Shown here: piece after piece, positions 37,732-53,640 of the stretch | How positions within the stretch are numbered: position 1 is the first letter of the stretch | How the letters are laid out: every line of letters starts with the position of its first letter | NCBI GenBank assembly: GCA_904063045.1 | Contig: CAJFCJ010000027.1 | Span: 248,001 to 312,000, forward strand | Length of the DNA stretch: 64,000 bases | DNA from: Dimorphilus gyrociliatus | Taxonomy: Eukaryota > Animalia > Annelida | Reading direction: 5' to 3' | The notes under the pieces: generated by a model | What the model was told of the DNA's origin: nothing | Seen by the model: the letters and a program-made list of their open reading frames with translations, nothing else | The model's database searches: none | Made by a program: the position numbers and the translations under genes

Positions 37732-40700
37732 ATGGCTAAGAGAGGTAGTGGAGAGTAGGGTAGAACTTGATCTGAGGTCACACTGCAAGAGAAAGTGAGA
37801 TGGCGATAAATATAAGTGTTGTGGGAAAGAGGGGATCGGAAGGAGCAGGAGTTACATATATTATTTAAATACTTTTACACGAGTAGACAATATAGGTACT
37901 TTTCCAAATAGCAATAGTGATATATCGTATGAGTGTAGGAGAGTTGTAAATGAAGTAGGCGAGATCAATGTCCAAGGAATAAAGAAATATTTACGTTATA
38001 TGTCTTTGTCTTATGCAGTGAGAAAGACAAAGAGAAAATGGAAGGAGAAATATGAGAAAAGATTAAGACAAACGGAAAGTTTTGTTTATGGTTGGGAAGT
38101 AAGGTTAAGAAGAGTTATTAATTATAGGAGAGAAAATTGAGTTCTTCAAGTGCAAAGATTATTAGTAAAATATATAAATAGGAGAAAGAGCAGTGGGGGA
38201 AAAAAAATGAAAATAAGCAAAAGATAAGATAGATATTTACTATATATGAGAGACAAGAAAATCAAACAATCGAATAGGCAGTATATTGATATGTTGTCAA
38301 AAGAAATATAATTACTATTGTTAATTTAAATTACAAAAAGAAGATGTATTGAACACATGGAGATTGTATTCAGGCCTCGAGTAACAATAATAGGAATCAT
38401 GGGAGACAAATCTACTTGTATTTATACATGTAAATTATCGATTGACAAAGTTTTTTTTATCTCTAACACGTGGGCAAAAAAAGAAAAAAAACAAAACAAA
38501 AGGTAAATATATACATAAATATATATAGCGTATTAATATTAGATAATATTTTACAATGTACTAGCCATAATAATAAGTTAAATTAAAAAGGGAAAAAAGA
38601 ATATTAAATGCATTTAGCAGTACTGTAAAAAGTCTTTCTCTCTCTCTCTCTCTCTCGTTCCTTTTCATAACTCTTTTACGATTAATAACAATATAAAAGG
38701 GAGAAGGGAGAGATAACAAATTATACTAAATATATAATATAAAAAGTATCGTTTGACCACTTAACTATTTTTTTTATTCTTTTTTAATTAATTCTCCACT
38801 TGTTGGCCTTTGTTCATTACTAAAAAATAATCTGCCAAAGTATGTCAGGTACTTGAGTGCTAGATTGGGATTAATCATTAATGGGACTTATTCAGCTAAA
38901 TTATCCTCTTCATCTTGTATTTCACATTTTATCAGTATTATTAAAGGGTTTTTATGCAATATATTGTCATACAATATTTAAAGTCTGTATTAAAAAAGGG
39001 AGCTATTTTTTCTAAAAGAAATAACAACAATAATAGAAAAATTTGTCAATCTTCAGCATACTATATTAATACTAAATCTATAACAGTTGTATATACTATA
39101 TGACATATTTTTATGTATTTATTTATAAAATATTTATTCCATTTTATACGTTTATTACCATCATTTGAGGATGGAGAATAGAGTACCAAAAAAAATAGAA
39201 ACGCTTTACATCTATCCATAAATAGACGGGGCCTTAAGATGATTCTTTTTTCATTTTTAATATATTCTACGAGGATAAAAACAATGTCTATTGAGGCTGT
39301 TCGCTATAGCTTGATCTTTTTTATTTTTCTTTTAATGGCCTGTTTAACATGAATTGTCACCTCGAGCGGTAGATGTCGGCTGAGGAAAGAGAATTTGTTT
39401 AGTTTAGTTCTTATTTTTCGATAGTATAAAAAAAAACGTTTAAGATTTTTGATATTTCTCCTCTCATCCGGTTGAAGAAGATGAAGATGAAAGAAAAGAG
39501 AGAGAGACAGAGAGAGAGAGAGAGATTTTCTCTATGTGAGATATCTAGAATATAATAGAGGTGAGCTAGAAATAACAGATCATACACAGTCTGTTATTAA
39601 ACGCAAATTAACTACAATAAACATATAAGAAATCAATCGAAATGTCTAAGAGACGCTAAAGAGTAAAATCGTTGGCGTACATATAAGCAAATCCGTTTTA
39701 ATTATTCTTCCTTTAACAGATTGTCATAAATCGATATTCATTTGGAATCTAATGAAACCAATTGGGATTTGAATTCCTTTGGATGAGGAAGAATGATTTA
39801 ACGTTATCTCCTATACTATATACTGTACTTTGCTGTTAGGAGAGAGAGGCGGACTACGGGAAGTGGAAAGACGAGAAATAAACGATTATGTATAGTATCT
39901 CTTCTATTTCATTTCCATTAAATATAAAAAATGTTGTACTTAAATACATATTCAACAATTTAGATAATATAAAAGGAGAAAGACGAAGAAGAAGAAGACG
40001 GAGGGGGAGGAGGAGGGGGAGGGGGAAGGATCAAAAGGAAGAGAATAAGAGTAAAATACCGATTGAAAATAAGTTGGGTTTGTAATATTAAACCTTTGTA
40101 TACATAGCAATGATGTATGTTTGGTAAAAAAAGCAGTTTATATGTTAATTAAAAGTGAAAAGGTATTTTTTTTATACGAGTTCTGGTTGTAAATCTGTTA
40201 ATTGATCAAATTGAAACTGTGTAATCAATTATAGTCTTCACCTGTTCGTGTATGTTTACTTTGGCAAGAATTAGTTTGCTTAGTAATCTCAGCGAATTAG
40301 TCTAAACATTCTTGAGAGATAAGACAAGTTCCTGGTACAAATAAAATTTTATCAGAAATCAGTAAGAACTAGACTATAAACTTCCTAATGATTACTGCAG
40401 CCCTCTTAAGATAAGTTACAAACAGATAATATATATGACCAGCATATGGTTTTTCTACTATTTCTATAGCTTTTATCGCCGTTACCAACAATAACAAAGT
40501 TGAACTGTTAACAGATATATAGTAATTTTTGTGCTTTAATAGGAAATTCGGTAAGTAAAAGACGTCAACTGTGAACAGGCCATTAATTTGGGGACAAGAA
40601 GCTCTTTCCTGTTCTAATAATACTAATCAAAAACGAGTTATCTATCCTCCAACATGAAAGGATAGCTGTAAATATCTTTATATTGAATTTTTTTTCTTCC

Positions 40701-42828
40701 ATTTAAATGGACAATAAAGTCTCTGAGAGTATGGAAATGAGAGAGATAGAAAGAGAGGGGGAAAGAGAAAAAAGAAATTGAAGGACAAAAACAATGAACA
40801 GATATTAAGGAGGAAAGAGAGAAAGAAAGAAGAAAGAGGAAGGCGGGAAAGGAATGATGGAGGGAGATAGCCGAAAAGTAATAAAAAAGTTTTTGTTTCC
40901 ATGATTTATTACTCAGAGTAACTGTAAGGTCAATAAACGAAAAAAACAGAATTGGCCTTGCTAAAGGAATCGAATTAAAATTCCACCAAGGTTCGTTGAA
41001 CAACCATACTCTTACTTCTACGTATGCTTAAACTCGAAAAGCCTGTTGAAATAAGCTTTATGAACGTTTTTTCATTTTCTCTAAAAGGCTTCTTCGAAGT
41101 GAAATGGGGTTGAAGATACTTGTCACATTCCATCTTCTAAAACCTAATGTAGCATAAAATAAGTGGAGTAATTTCTAAGCATTTTGACCTTGCAATTTTC
41201 TATATTTGTCACTTAAGTCTCTTTGGACTACATTGGCTTTTCAAATATTAATTTCCTCCAGTTTGATATTTCATCCTACACCAAAATAGGAATATCACAA
41301 ATTATATTAACATTCAATTAGTTGAAAAAATTATGAGTGAATCAAACTTTAGAAGAAAAATGGTAGAATGTTGAGAAATCTTGAAGTTTTGTCTTTTTAA
41401 AAAAAAAGAGAAAGTATGAAAGAACTTTACATTTTCTTCTTTTTTTATTGAATTTTTTAATGAAAGTAAGCAGTATATATATATATATATATATATATAC
41501 TTCTAAATGTTTTCATCATTTATAATTTTATTCATATAAAGTTCAATTAAGAAAAGAATATGCTAGTAAACACGTAGTTGCATTGATTATGCATTACGAT
41601 GAAACGACTAGTGCAATTAATTAAGTACTGCGTGACTCGAATGTCATTGAGGATGAATGTAATTTGGTGGAAAATACCGTTGAAATTATTAACTCTTCAG
41701 TACTTTTTAGTGAAAAATTACACACCTTTTTTTTCCACAAGTCTGGCCATTAATTAGGTTATTTCTCTATGTTTTCATTTATCCCTTAAATTATAACAGA
41801 AATTAATTACTTGAAGGACAATATATAGTTCTATAGCAAGAAAGACATCCAACTATATCAGATGAGCAATGAATGAACGAATGAATGTATGATTGAATAA
41901 GTAATTTATAGAAATTGAATAAAAACGTAAAAAAGAGAAACAAAATAGAAAACGAAAGTAAAAACAATGTTAACATGAGCCTTAGAATGAAGGAAATACA
42001 TTAAATAGAACATTTAATTTCAAGCACGCAATGAATGGAAAATAAAAGGGGGAAAGGAAATGAAAGGAGTAAATGAAAAATAACCTATATACTGTATATA
42101 GTATGTCGTATACTTTTTATATTTATATTTATGCATATCTTTCTATACAGTATATACATATTAATATATTATATATACAGTAAATGCAATAATATATAGT
42201 CTGTATATATTACTGCGGATCGTCAGGATTTCTGAAAGACTAGTCTTCAACTTTCAGTAAATTATGCAACATTTGAAAAATGACAAGAATGAAACTGACA
42301 ATGTGTTTTAGTAAGGTATCATTTGTAAGTATTCGCGTAGAAAATACAATATACATATATATAGCTAGAGTATATATATTAGTATATACTTTCTTGTTAT
42401 ACATATATTTATACATAAATACACAGATAACTTCAAATATAAGCTATTTCTTTTTCAACAATTATTAAAATATCATACGATCTCAATTTTTTTAAAAAAA
42501 AAAAATATAGACATTTAATACAGTTTCTGCTTTTCTCCTTGAACTGGTAAAGAGTTTCTATAAAGTTTTTCTTCCTCTAAATAAAATTTTAATATGAAAT
42601 GGAAAACTGATGAATTCTTTTGAATTCTATATTTTACTCTTTTGATTTTCTTGCTGATGTTATCCTAACGTTGTTAGAGATTCTCTTTTTGTTTTTCCTT
42701 TCGATTTTAATTTAGTAGAAAAAGAATAATATGTCAAAAAGAAATTGTAAAGTTTTTCCCCGATTCTTCTTATCTGTTTTCCCTTTTGCTTTTCCTTTAA
42801 AATTAAATAGTAACAATAAAAATTTCTT

Positions 42829-44294
42829 CTATTCAGATCCAGATTCTGAGGGATTGGAAGACACTTGATGCCTTAAACTATTAACCATATTAATAAGAGT
42901 TTTAGGCTTCCGTTGTTTATCTTTACATTTACAGCATAAAAGTCTCTGAAACGCAAATCTAAAGTCTTTGGAAAAGAGGGCATAAATACAAGGATTAATA
43001 ACGCTATTACAATAGCCAAGCCAAAAAAACACATCGAATGCAAGAACGGGTACATTAACATTGAATGCTCCCAAAAAGTATATTGTAAAGAATGGAAGCC
43101 AACAAAATATAAAACATCCAACGATAATCCCAACGGTTTTTGCAGCTTTAGTTTCCTTATTAACTTTTTTAAGGTGAGATCGGACATTTTTACACCTTGG
43201 TTTATTTCCGTCACGGACTTTTTTCTTATTTTGGTGAGCTTGAGCTACTCCATTAACAACTTTATAAACATTATCAACGGCTGCAGGCTGATGAACTGCT
43301 CCTCCTCTATGTACTCGAAGTGTTACTTTTTCGTGAGGCGAAGAAGGTAAGAGCATTTTTCCAGCTTTTGTTATAAGAACACCTCTCTTTATTCCTTTGG
43401 CAGTTCTTCTAGCCGCAACATAGATCCTCCAGTAAAAGAAAGTCATAATGCACATTGGAATGTAAAATGAGCCTAATGCCGAATATATAATATAACCTGG
43501 CTCCGATGTTAAATTGCATTCTGCTGTTTATTGATAAAAACGAGAAAAAGTGAACATAGAGAAAAGGCCAACAACAACTTAATAAAAAGAATTAAGAATG
43601 AAGAATAGATCTTAATAGAGTTTACAGTAAATACTTGTATATTATAAAAGTATATATATATATATATATATATATACTTATTTATTCATACATTTATTCT
43701 TTCATTCTTTTCCTTCTTTCTCTCTTTTTCTCTCTCTTTCTTTCCTTCTTTACTACTTAATCTCTTTTTAATTTATCTATTGGGCTTACCTTTTGTATTG
43801 TTTCCACCATTTCCTTGAGAGTTATCTCTTTTCCAGCCTAATAACGGAGGGAAGCAAATAATAAAAGAAGATATCCATACTGTAAATACGAGAATCTTTC
43901 CTCTCCTCCAGTTGATAATAGCGGGATAGCGAAAAGGTCGCGTTATAGCAATGTATCTATCTAAAGAAATGGCACATAAATTTAATATGGAGGCTGTACA
44001 CATCCAAACGTCAACAGCCAGCCAAATAGAACACCAAACAGTCCCGAAAAGCCATCCTTTAACAACTTGTTTTGAGATAGAAAAAGGTAAAACAACCAGA
44101 CCCAAAAGAAGATCAGCACAGGCCAAAGAGACAATAAACATATTAGTTACAGTTCTAAGTTTGTAGCTTGTAATTACTGCTGCTATAACAAGACTATTCC
44201 CAGCAATTATTAAACTATCGATAAGTCCGAGTAGTGTAGCAGGAATTACATAGAAAAAGTTTGTAATATCCGTTGGAAAAGTTGAGTTTAACAT
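42829..44294 (-). CDS. Oamb: Alpha-adrenergic-like octopamine receptor (OAMB/Oct-alpha1R type), ~399 aa, 2 coding exons (44294-43790, 43523-42829)
   Basis: Class A amine GPCR motifs: LAVDVWMCTASILNLCAISLDRY, TLRVHRG, KETKAAKTVGIIVG, CWLPFF, FWLGYCNSVINPCIYALFSKDFRFAF. These are OAMB-like signatures. A phase-1 intron falls in extracellular loop 2. Confidence 0.9.
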
Positions 44295-47200
44295 CTGGAA
44301 AAGATTGGAAAATTTAGGAGACTCAGGAGAAAGTGTTTTATGTATAAACTGTACGGCAAAACACTCTGCAAATAAATGCGGGGAATTGATAAATGTACAG
44401 CAATACCGTGCACGATTGCAGATGGGTAAGATACATTAGGTTTTTATCAGTAACACGTGCTATCGGTAATGTATATAAATGACTGACAAGCCCGTTCTGT
44501 ATCCACAAAAGACTTATGCATTTTTTGTTTTTTTGTTTGTTACCTGGTTCAGTGCAACCAATATTATTGACTAGTATAATAGCCTATCGTAAAATAATTT
44601 ACAAGCTTCAATAACAAGATAACATATAATGATGCTCAATTGTTTTAATTATATTTCTTGTAATCTATATATCTATTATCTATTTATCAATCTATCTATT
44701 TATCTATTCTATCTTTTCTTCTTTTTTGGTGTTTATTTCTTTTTCAATATATTTCTTGGTCCTTTTCGCTCTTTCTTTTCGTTCTTTCCATCCGGTTGTC
44801 TGCATCTCTTTCTCTCTTTTCCATTCTCCATCAACTCTACCGTCTATAACTCTTTCATCGAATTCAATCAATCAACCGAAATTCTAATGAAACCACACTG
44901 TTACCTAACATCTTCAATAGAATGTTCATGTATTTTAGAAATGCTACAATCAACTGACTATATAGAGTAGTTTTGTTAAAGGCTTTTATAATATATATTG
45001 TATGTATAGTGCACTGTACAGAGAGATAGATATACTGTATTTACGACATATACTTTGCATATAAATATTAAATATAGAATAAGCTGTATATGTACATATT
45101 ACTATACCAACTATAGGTAGGTATATATATCTATCTAAATACAGTTTTTACTCTTATATAGTAAATATTGCTGAAGAGCTACGTATAAAATTCTTGTTAA
45201 ATGATAGAAATAGTTCAAGTCCATTACAACTGTTAATTAATTCTTTCTATTCCTTTTCCTTATTAAATTAGGATTCTTACAGAGTTATAAATAGTACAAA
45301 TACGTAAAATTATACTATTTTCTCTCTTTTAAGAACATTATCTTATTTAATCTGTTAATAATTAATGCTCAATTATACGTCTATTATACGTATTGGAAAC
45401 GATCGGATATATGAAATTTATCCTCACTCCAAAATTAGATTATCCTTTCATTTAATCCGTTCAATTTGTCTATTCAAGGAGATATGAAGCGTACTCGAAA
45501 CATCCTCTTCATACAATAATAATATACGTATAAACTGGTATTCTGCAAAGCGCATGTCGGACGAAGACTAACGCGAGACTGCTTACTGTTTCCATATTTT
45601 TTTTCGTTCTGCTGGCAATTTCGTTCGAAAAACTTCAAATTTCTTCTCATTAGAACTTTAGACGAAAGCAAACTCTCTACAAGTTATCTAACCTATTATA
45701 GTATGATTTTATGGCCAACTAAAAAACAGGACTTCCACAGATTTCTAGACATATAAATGTCTGCAATTTAAAGATAATCATACGCCTTCAAAGAGATAGG
45801 CCAAAGATTCGTGATTACTGCCTCCTCTCTCTCTCTCTCTCTCTCTCTCTGTTTCTCTCCGTCTCGAACTCTCTCTCTTTCACTTTCTTCTCCATGCCTC
45901 TCTCTCTCTCCGTCTCTAATTCTGTCCCGTCAAACTCTTCTTCATTTTCTATTGGTTTCTTTCTCTTTTACGGTCTATCTCTGTCTTTTCTTTCTAAATC
46001 CCACTGCTATTTGCCTCATTTCGTCGTAAACGCTAGCAAATTTTGTCAGCTCTTCGCTTTCCCTCTCTATTCACGTCCCATGTCCCACCAGAAGTCTCTC
46101 TCTACCACCTCTCATTGGTAAGGGCCCTCCCCTTCTAATCACCTTTGTCCTTTTCTTCGCTTACTTCTCGTCTATCTATCTCCTTATTCTCCGCCTTGGT
46201 CGCTCAATATCTTGATTCAATATCTAACTATTATGTCTTTGATCCTGTCTCTTCCAATTTCGGCCCCTTCCTTTATCTTTTTGCATCTATCTCACACTGT
46301 CTATCTGCTTTCCAATGAAAGCGATCATGTGATTCAAGTATAATCGGTGTACAACGAACAAATGTTTGCTTTTTGTCTGTTTTGGCTTTATCGATTGAAT
46401 AAGTGGATAAATAATAGTTGATTAAAGATTTAACACGAAAGAATTTCGTGAGTCCTTTACCTAAGGCGGCAGAAGATCTTAAGAATTTTAGACGAAGCGA
46501 AGCTAAATTGACTGTCGATACAAGATTCTTTGGGCCCAGTATAGAGGTGACTTACTGAGAACTACTTTAACCTAAAGTTTTTTAGGAAAACATGACCTTT
46601 ATCTAGCTCTTTATATATTCCATACTTTTTTTGCAAATACATTCTTCTATCAGAGTTAAAAGGCTACTAATAAGAGACCGTGTCAGAGAAAGATTGTTGT
46701 TGTTTTTATTTTAGTCTTTTATTTAACATTTTTAAAATAAATATTCATCACTTGATGCTTTTTAGAAGAATCAAAGAAGAATGCTCCTGTCTTTAAATAG
46801 ACGCTTAACTATTCTAATATTGAAATTCAATTATAAAACCAGGTTAAAGAGAAAAACTATAAAAAAATATAGATTATAATATTGTAGTAAAAAGCAACTT
46901 CTCGTTTAAATCAAAGTTGTGTAATAATATTCTTAAAGGTTTCAGTTATTATTAAATTCTCATATGTTCCAAACAAATATAGCGGAAGGGGGAAAATGTT
47001 TGGTAAAGAATCTTCAACAACCAAATAACGAAAGTTTTTATCCTACTTTGGGCGATAATAAAAAGAAAATAAATAAGAAACGAAAAGAAAACAAGACAGA
47101 AGATTGAAACTAGAAAATTAGTAAATTAATTACAAATATCGGCGTTAAATTAGTTTATATTATCATTTTAATTAGGGAGCTTAAATCGTTTAAATCGGGT

Positions 47201-50200
47201 AACAGAAGTCGATACAAAGAATAAGCAAGAGGCATAGTGTTCTGTTTACCGTGTGTTTGATTGTATTATTTCTAGGAGAGGTGGATTGGGGAGGAAAAAA
47301 ATAAAAAAAAAATAAAAAAAAAAGGATTCAGCCAACGGTAAAAAACAGAAAAAAGAGAAAATGATTAGATAACTTGACTAGATTCATTATTATTTAAACA
47401 ACTAGAATCTAATTGAGTATTTATCTGTAATTTCTTAAATTAATTAATGAATATAGCCCAAGATAAATTTATAGAAAGATAGAGACATAGGGAGAAACCG
47501 ACGTAGCGCAAAATGATAAGGAAAAGATGGAAATAAGAGAATAAATTTAAAGTAAAAACTAAGAAAATATACAATAGAAAACTTTATCTAAGCTACGCAC
47601 AGCTTAAAACCTTTCCAGTCGTATTATATTACTTTATTCCGTAAATAAAACCTTTTCCCCCTTTTTCTTTAACTTTATGGCATAAGACGAGTATTTCTAA
47701 TAATTCAATTAACTGAATTTAACGAGGTTTTCGTTAATTTGAATCATGGGGGCTCTAGTATTTTCATCTAGCTGCAGGAAAGTAACTATTTCCTTGTAGA
47801 AGATGAGGAAATTTTCGAAAATCAATATAGCAAAAAAAATCGCATTCTAAAAATAGGTGTTATTAGTATTATACAGAATATTGAATATATTGTTAGATTA
47901 TAATAGTAAAGTTCTGCTTTCTATTACGTAATAAACCTAGAGTCATAAAAAGAAAAGCTATTTAGAAATGAGCGAGAGAGCTAATTAACTGACAAACGTA
48001 TTCTGTTAAGTATGATGAAAATCTAAAGGCCTAATTAAAAGTTCTAATAGTTGTTGGTGTTAATAAGCAAAATAATAAACAACTTTTTACAAATGAAATG
48101 CAATTGCAAAGGGACAAATAAACTAGAAAACAAGTAATTTGATGATATAAAAACAAACAACTGAATGGTTCAATATAGTATATATATTGTATATTTGTAT
48201 ATCGAAAGGAAACGCCACCTTCAACACCTCCCTTTATTCTCTTCTAATTTCTTTTCCATCCGTCTTGTCGTCACTGTTTCTTCCGTTTCTTCGTCATAGA
48301 CACAGGCACATACACCCACAAGCTCTCTCTCTCTCTCTCTCACACACACATACAAACACGCATACTGTCTGTCTCTCACTCTTTTTCTTTTCTCTTATCC
48401 TCTAAAAACCCGAATTATAAATAGCTTCAAATAGCTTGAACAACGGAGCGTTTTTTAGTACATAATATTTGAAATTAAATGAGGAACGTGCCTACATATC
48501 TCATAATGTAGAATTTCTTAGAGCAACTGACATTTATTGGTGACAAACTCATTATATTGAAGTGATTTTTTTCTTCGGTCTATATGCATTGTAATCAACG
48601 TCGTCAACTGCCCAATTGATCGTGAATATCTGACAAACTACTTATTGATTTTCTAGACATAACTTACGTGTAATTGATCAAAATCAAGTTATTTAAGAAT
48701 ATTAATTTGCAATTTATCATTTAAACATTACTTAAATAGGATTAAATTATTGTTGATAGATGAAATTTACGTCTACCTGGCTTAAAATTAATTTAAATAG
48801 AAAAAAAAACTTTTTTTAATTAAACATTCGTCAAAATCGGAATACGTCGATAGAAACTTTTTCTTTCGTTTAATGTTTGTTTATTTGTTTGTTTGTTTGG
48901 GAAGAAAGAAAGAAAGAAAGAAAGAATGGAAAAAAAAACAATTAAGACAAAATATTAAAGATCAAATATAATAAAAGGGAATAGAACTTTTTAAATATTA
49001 AGATGAATAGATAAAAGAATATTTTGACCTTTTATTAATCTTTTGATATTATTTAAGAAAAAGATTACTTTTACATAGATTTTTCAATAAAGAAAACCAA
49101 TAGAATCTAACTAAACTTTTCTTTTCTCTTCATTCTCTTTTGGTTGGTTCTACTATCTAATTGCTTCTTCATTTCTCAACGTAACGAACCGGAAATTAGT
49201 CAAGAATTTTTTGATCACAATTATTAATTGATTAAACAACAGAAATGAAAGGAAACTAATAAAAAATATAATAATATATAATAAGCATATCATGGCTTTA
49301 TACGACTTACGTCATAGCTTTCTATCATACTTGTAAAAGAAAATCCGATACTACGTTACGCTTATCCAAAGGTATATATTGCCCTATGCAAAAAAAGAGA
49401 GAAATACCATGGGAATTTCAATCAAGTTCAAACTTTCCCTCTTAGTATCTAACGTAACATTGAGTTGGCGAATTTGGTTGGTGGTAAGAAACAAAACAAA
49501 GGGGAAAAACTATATTTTATATAGCCAACTGCTGAACTTTTCCTCCTCGTTTTCCCTTTCCCTACCCCTTATTGCTTACTGTAACTCGCTAATCTCTTTC
49601 TCTCTTCTCGCTATATCTTGCTTTCTTTTATCTAGAGAAAAAATAGATAATAAATGGGAAAATTCTGAGAAATAAGCTGCCTTTACTATATTTCTGACCA
49701 AAGAGAAAATCAACATCGGCTGATAAACGATAATCAACAACTGACTAAATGATCGAATCGAGGGCGTTCTCCTGCCTGCTTCGAGTAATTTTTCCCCTTT
49801 TCCTCCTTTTCCCAAAAAACCGTTTAAAGAGGGGGATACCAAATGTAACGCTTTATTACATATGTAAAAAAAAGACGTCTCTTAGGTTTGGGCAAAGAGA
49901 CGGGAGGAGTGATGAGAAGTTAAAAGAAAGTTTTATCCTTGAAAATGTTCACAGCATATACGCGTTTTTAACTGAAATGATTCGTAATTATCACGCCTTG
50001 GGGCCGAGGAGCTGTATGATTAAAGTGAATGATTATTGGATTGCGTAAAATGCGAAAAAATAGGCCAAAACTAGTGTTAAAAATTCAGAACAGGATTATC
50101 TCGAAAGTAAAATAAAATACCAAATATTTTTTTTGATTAAACAAGCGCCCCAACAGGCAAACTTTACGCTCAATGACAAACAAAAAAAACTAGGCAACGA

Positions 50201-53200
50201 TAGTCCAATTTGTTCTATGTGCTGTAGAACTTACCTTTCTTTTAGTTCACCGCCAATTTTGCAGTTCATAAAAAATATGTTCTGATGAAGCCAGTTTACA
50301 CTGTTTGTCCAATTATCCCAGCTTTAAATGACACTTAAGCTTATCCTTTTGTGCGTTACTACTCTAGTAATATTCCTTCCAAACTACTCAGCTCGTAGCC
50401 AATTTTTTTCTCGACAAATACAATACCCAGAAATAATTTTCTCAGGCCTCCTTTTACTGAGTATTCCGTGATAAATTGGCCAATGACAAACTATATAGCT
50501 TGTCAAACGCTCTTGTACGAAATCGGCGTCGACTGAGCAAACAATGGAGGCGTCTAGTCTGGTTAGAAAAAAATCAGAGCGTCACTGGCGCCGGAAACGG
50601 TGATATTATTGACAAAATCTTTATTCTATTTGCATAAGTCTCCTTCAAAAGTGGAGTTTTCTGGTATGTTTGCGAAAGTATTGCTCTGCATGGCTGCTTG
50701 TTTTCTGTGTGGTCAATATACTTTTAGCGGAAAAAGGTGCGAAAGCAGCGATAACAAGATTAGACTTGAGTGATAAGTGCTGCTTTTAGAATTTCTATAG
50801 TTTCAAGTTGGTATCATTTTCTCTCAAATTTACGCGCAGTCTTAATTCATTCTGTATATACTTAACCAGATATTTAAATTAATGAATTCATCTAAACGAA
50901 ATACAATTATTAATATTAGACGCCAGCTGATGACGCTAAGTGCTTTAAATTAAAGATAGTGGGTTAAAAACTCTACCGATTATAAGTGATTTATTTTATC
51001 AGACTCCTAAATCTGGATATACTGTACAGTATAACAGTTGATTTATAGATAGCATCACATTCTGTATAAACTTTTTTATACGTTAGAAAAGTACTTATAT
51101 CAGATACTTTTCCCCCTCCTTATATTCCTTTGTCAACGGCCAATGATGCTTATAAAATAAGTCAATGGAAAGAAAAATAGGAAAAAACTAGTTGAATCCC
51201 TGGATTTTTTTCCTTTTAACCCTATCAATTTTTATATTCAACACGAATCGTTTTAGGGGAGAAATCAAAGCGATTTATCGGAAATATTTTCCTTCACTTA
51301 TTACCCATTCTATCCATTTAAAGTAAATAAAGAAAGCCAGAACGGGCCTGTTAAAAGCGTTAAAAAAGCGTTACGAGGGAAAACAGTCGGATATTAGAGG
51401 CCAGAAAGGTAATAGCGTCATTGTTACAGTTAAATAACAGTAGATATACATACACACACACACGGATATATATTCTCTATTTGTAGAGCAAAATAAATTA
51501 AGTAGTCTTTCGATTATGTAATAAACCTTTCTGTCGATCTAAATATCTTCAATACTTTTCTATATTTTATCAAAAAGTCTTCAATTAAATAGTCAAACTA
51601 TTTGTATTGTACTATTTAATATTTATCGTGTTTGCATAAGACAAGTAATCCGAACTTTTACAATTATAGATCAATAAAACATTAGAAAGATGATAAAAGA
51701 GTCAAAAAAAAACGATAGTCTCTTTGCTCTTATAAATGAAATGTTGGGAAAAAGACGAAAGAATACCTAAAGATACTCTTTTAATTGGCTAGCTTGATAA
51801 TATTCACCAAAATTTTCCCTCGTAGGGATTACCTCAACCTCTTTGATCAATAAATGTCCGTTGCTTTAATGAAGAATGCACGGGAAATTCGAGAAAGTAC
51901 AATCTCTCATAGTTTATCTGCATTTTTGTAGCCTGCATTGTTCAATATATTGATGCACCAATGTCCAATGGAAAAGAATATTATATTTTTAGCTAATAGT
52001 TCTTTTGAAGGAACCTATCATCTCTATTCAAGTAGAAAGTTCTCAAAAAAAAATATCTCATTAAACAAGAATCGAAAGAGAAGGAGAGAGAGAGAGAGAA
52101 GGAGGGAAAGAGAAAAACGAGAGCAGAACTTGAGTATTTTCTACCAATCGCTACATTGTTCCAATAACGAGCTGCGCTAGTATTAAAAAACCCATATTGT
52201 AGACCACCTAACGTTCATTAGTAAGTATTACCTCCCGGTGTTTGTAGATTTCAAAACCCTAGATAAAAAGACTGTGGGCGGAAGTTGGCAAAATATTATT
52301 ATTCTCACCAAATAAAACACTTAAATCGTTGAGAAGAATGTAGTACTACTTGAGCCTTATGTTATATATACTTTTTCTTTTTTCTTCACTCTCTCTCGCT
52401 CTTTCCTTCTCTCTCTCACCTTCCCGCTTATTTTTTCATTTAACTCAACATTTTATCAATATTTACGATAATAAATTTAACCGTATATATGCCTAAATAG
52501 TATTTTTTCGTTACGCTCTTTAAAATATAGATTGGTTGAGAGTTTCGTGAGATTTCAATGTCTAAAATTTCTTCTATTTAAAAAAAGCTAAATTCCTATT
52601 TACTTCTACTGAAATTCAATATATTTCAATGAAAGCTTCTTTAATGAGACGTTAAAAACTAGTATATGAAATAACAAAGTAGTTTGTCTTCATGGTATAA
52701 ATAATCATGTATATTCGGTATATTTAAATAAAATACGGACACTAAGCACATAGCTTTATTTGTAAGAAAAGAAAAAAATTACATATTTACATATCTTTTA
52801 TAAAAATAAGAAGAAGAAGAAGAAGAAGACCAAGGAGAAGAAGAAGAAAAAGAAGAAAAAGACTTTGTTTGGAATTATTTAAAAAGAAAAAAATATAACA
52901 TAAAAGACCTAAAAAATATAGATAATTTCTTTTTCGTTATCTTTTTAAAGCCAGTGTCAAAAGAGTTTCATTTAAAAATAAAAAGTAAATAACTGTCTAT
53001 TCAATTTATCTATAGAATAGCTACAATAAATAAATAATGAATAATTGGATAACTTTTGGTAAATCGTTTCTTTTTTTTATTCTTAATATATAAAATAAAA
53101 AGAGAAAAAAAACACATCTTTTCATTTCGGATGGTTAATAAATTTCTACTCTTTTTTTTTTCTTCTTTCGTCTATCCTCAACTCAACTATTCTTCTCTTC

Positions 53201-53626
53201 TATTAATTATATACGAACTGCATACGGGTTTATAGTTATGCAAATTTATGTACAGTAGATATACCGTAGATATGTGTAATGTATATATTAGTATATAGCT
53301 TTATATACCTTTTAATATATACCCATTGTTCTATCCCGCAGAAAAGAGATAGGAAGCAAATGGAGGTGAAAGAGAAAGAGAAAGAGAAAACGAGAGAGAC
53401 GAGAAAAAAACATTTGGTTTATTTTGAACTCAACTTATGGTTAATTGATGCTAGTACGTCACTAGATGCTTTGTTTTCAATATTGAATAAAAGCGACTAA
53501 ACACGGTCTTTGAAAGCGTCTATGTCGGTTTACAAACACAGCATTTTACGTGTTTGAAAAGTGTTATAGTTTTTTGTTAAAGATTCCAATAATGGAATTT
53601 GTTTGCTTAATTTTCATTTTCAATAA

Positions 53627-53640
53627 CCAATAGGTGGCGT
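53627..53640 (+). promoter_or_regulatory. CTCF-like motif
   Basis: CCAATAGGTGGCGT. Confidence 0.45.

Noticed and set aside
50666-50773. 35-aa ORF with signal-like N-terminus and GKR site (MFAKVLLCMAACFLCGQYTFSGKRC...)
   Set aside because: Too short to leave a mature peptide before GKR, and no promoter or splice support.
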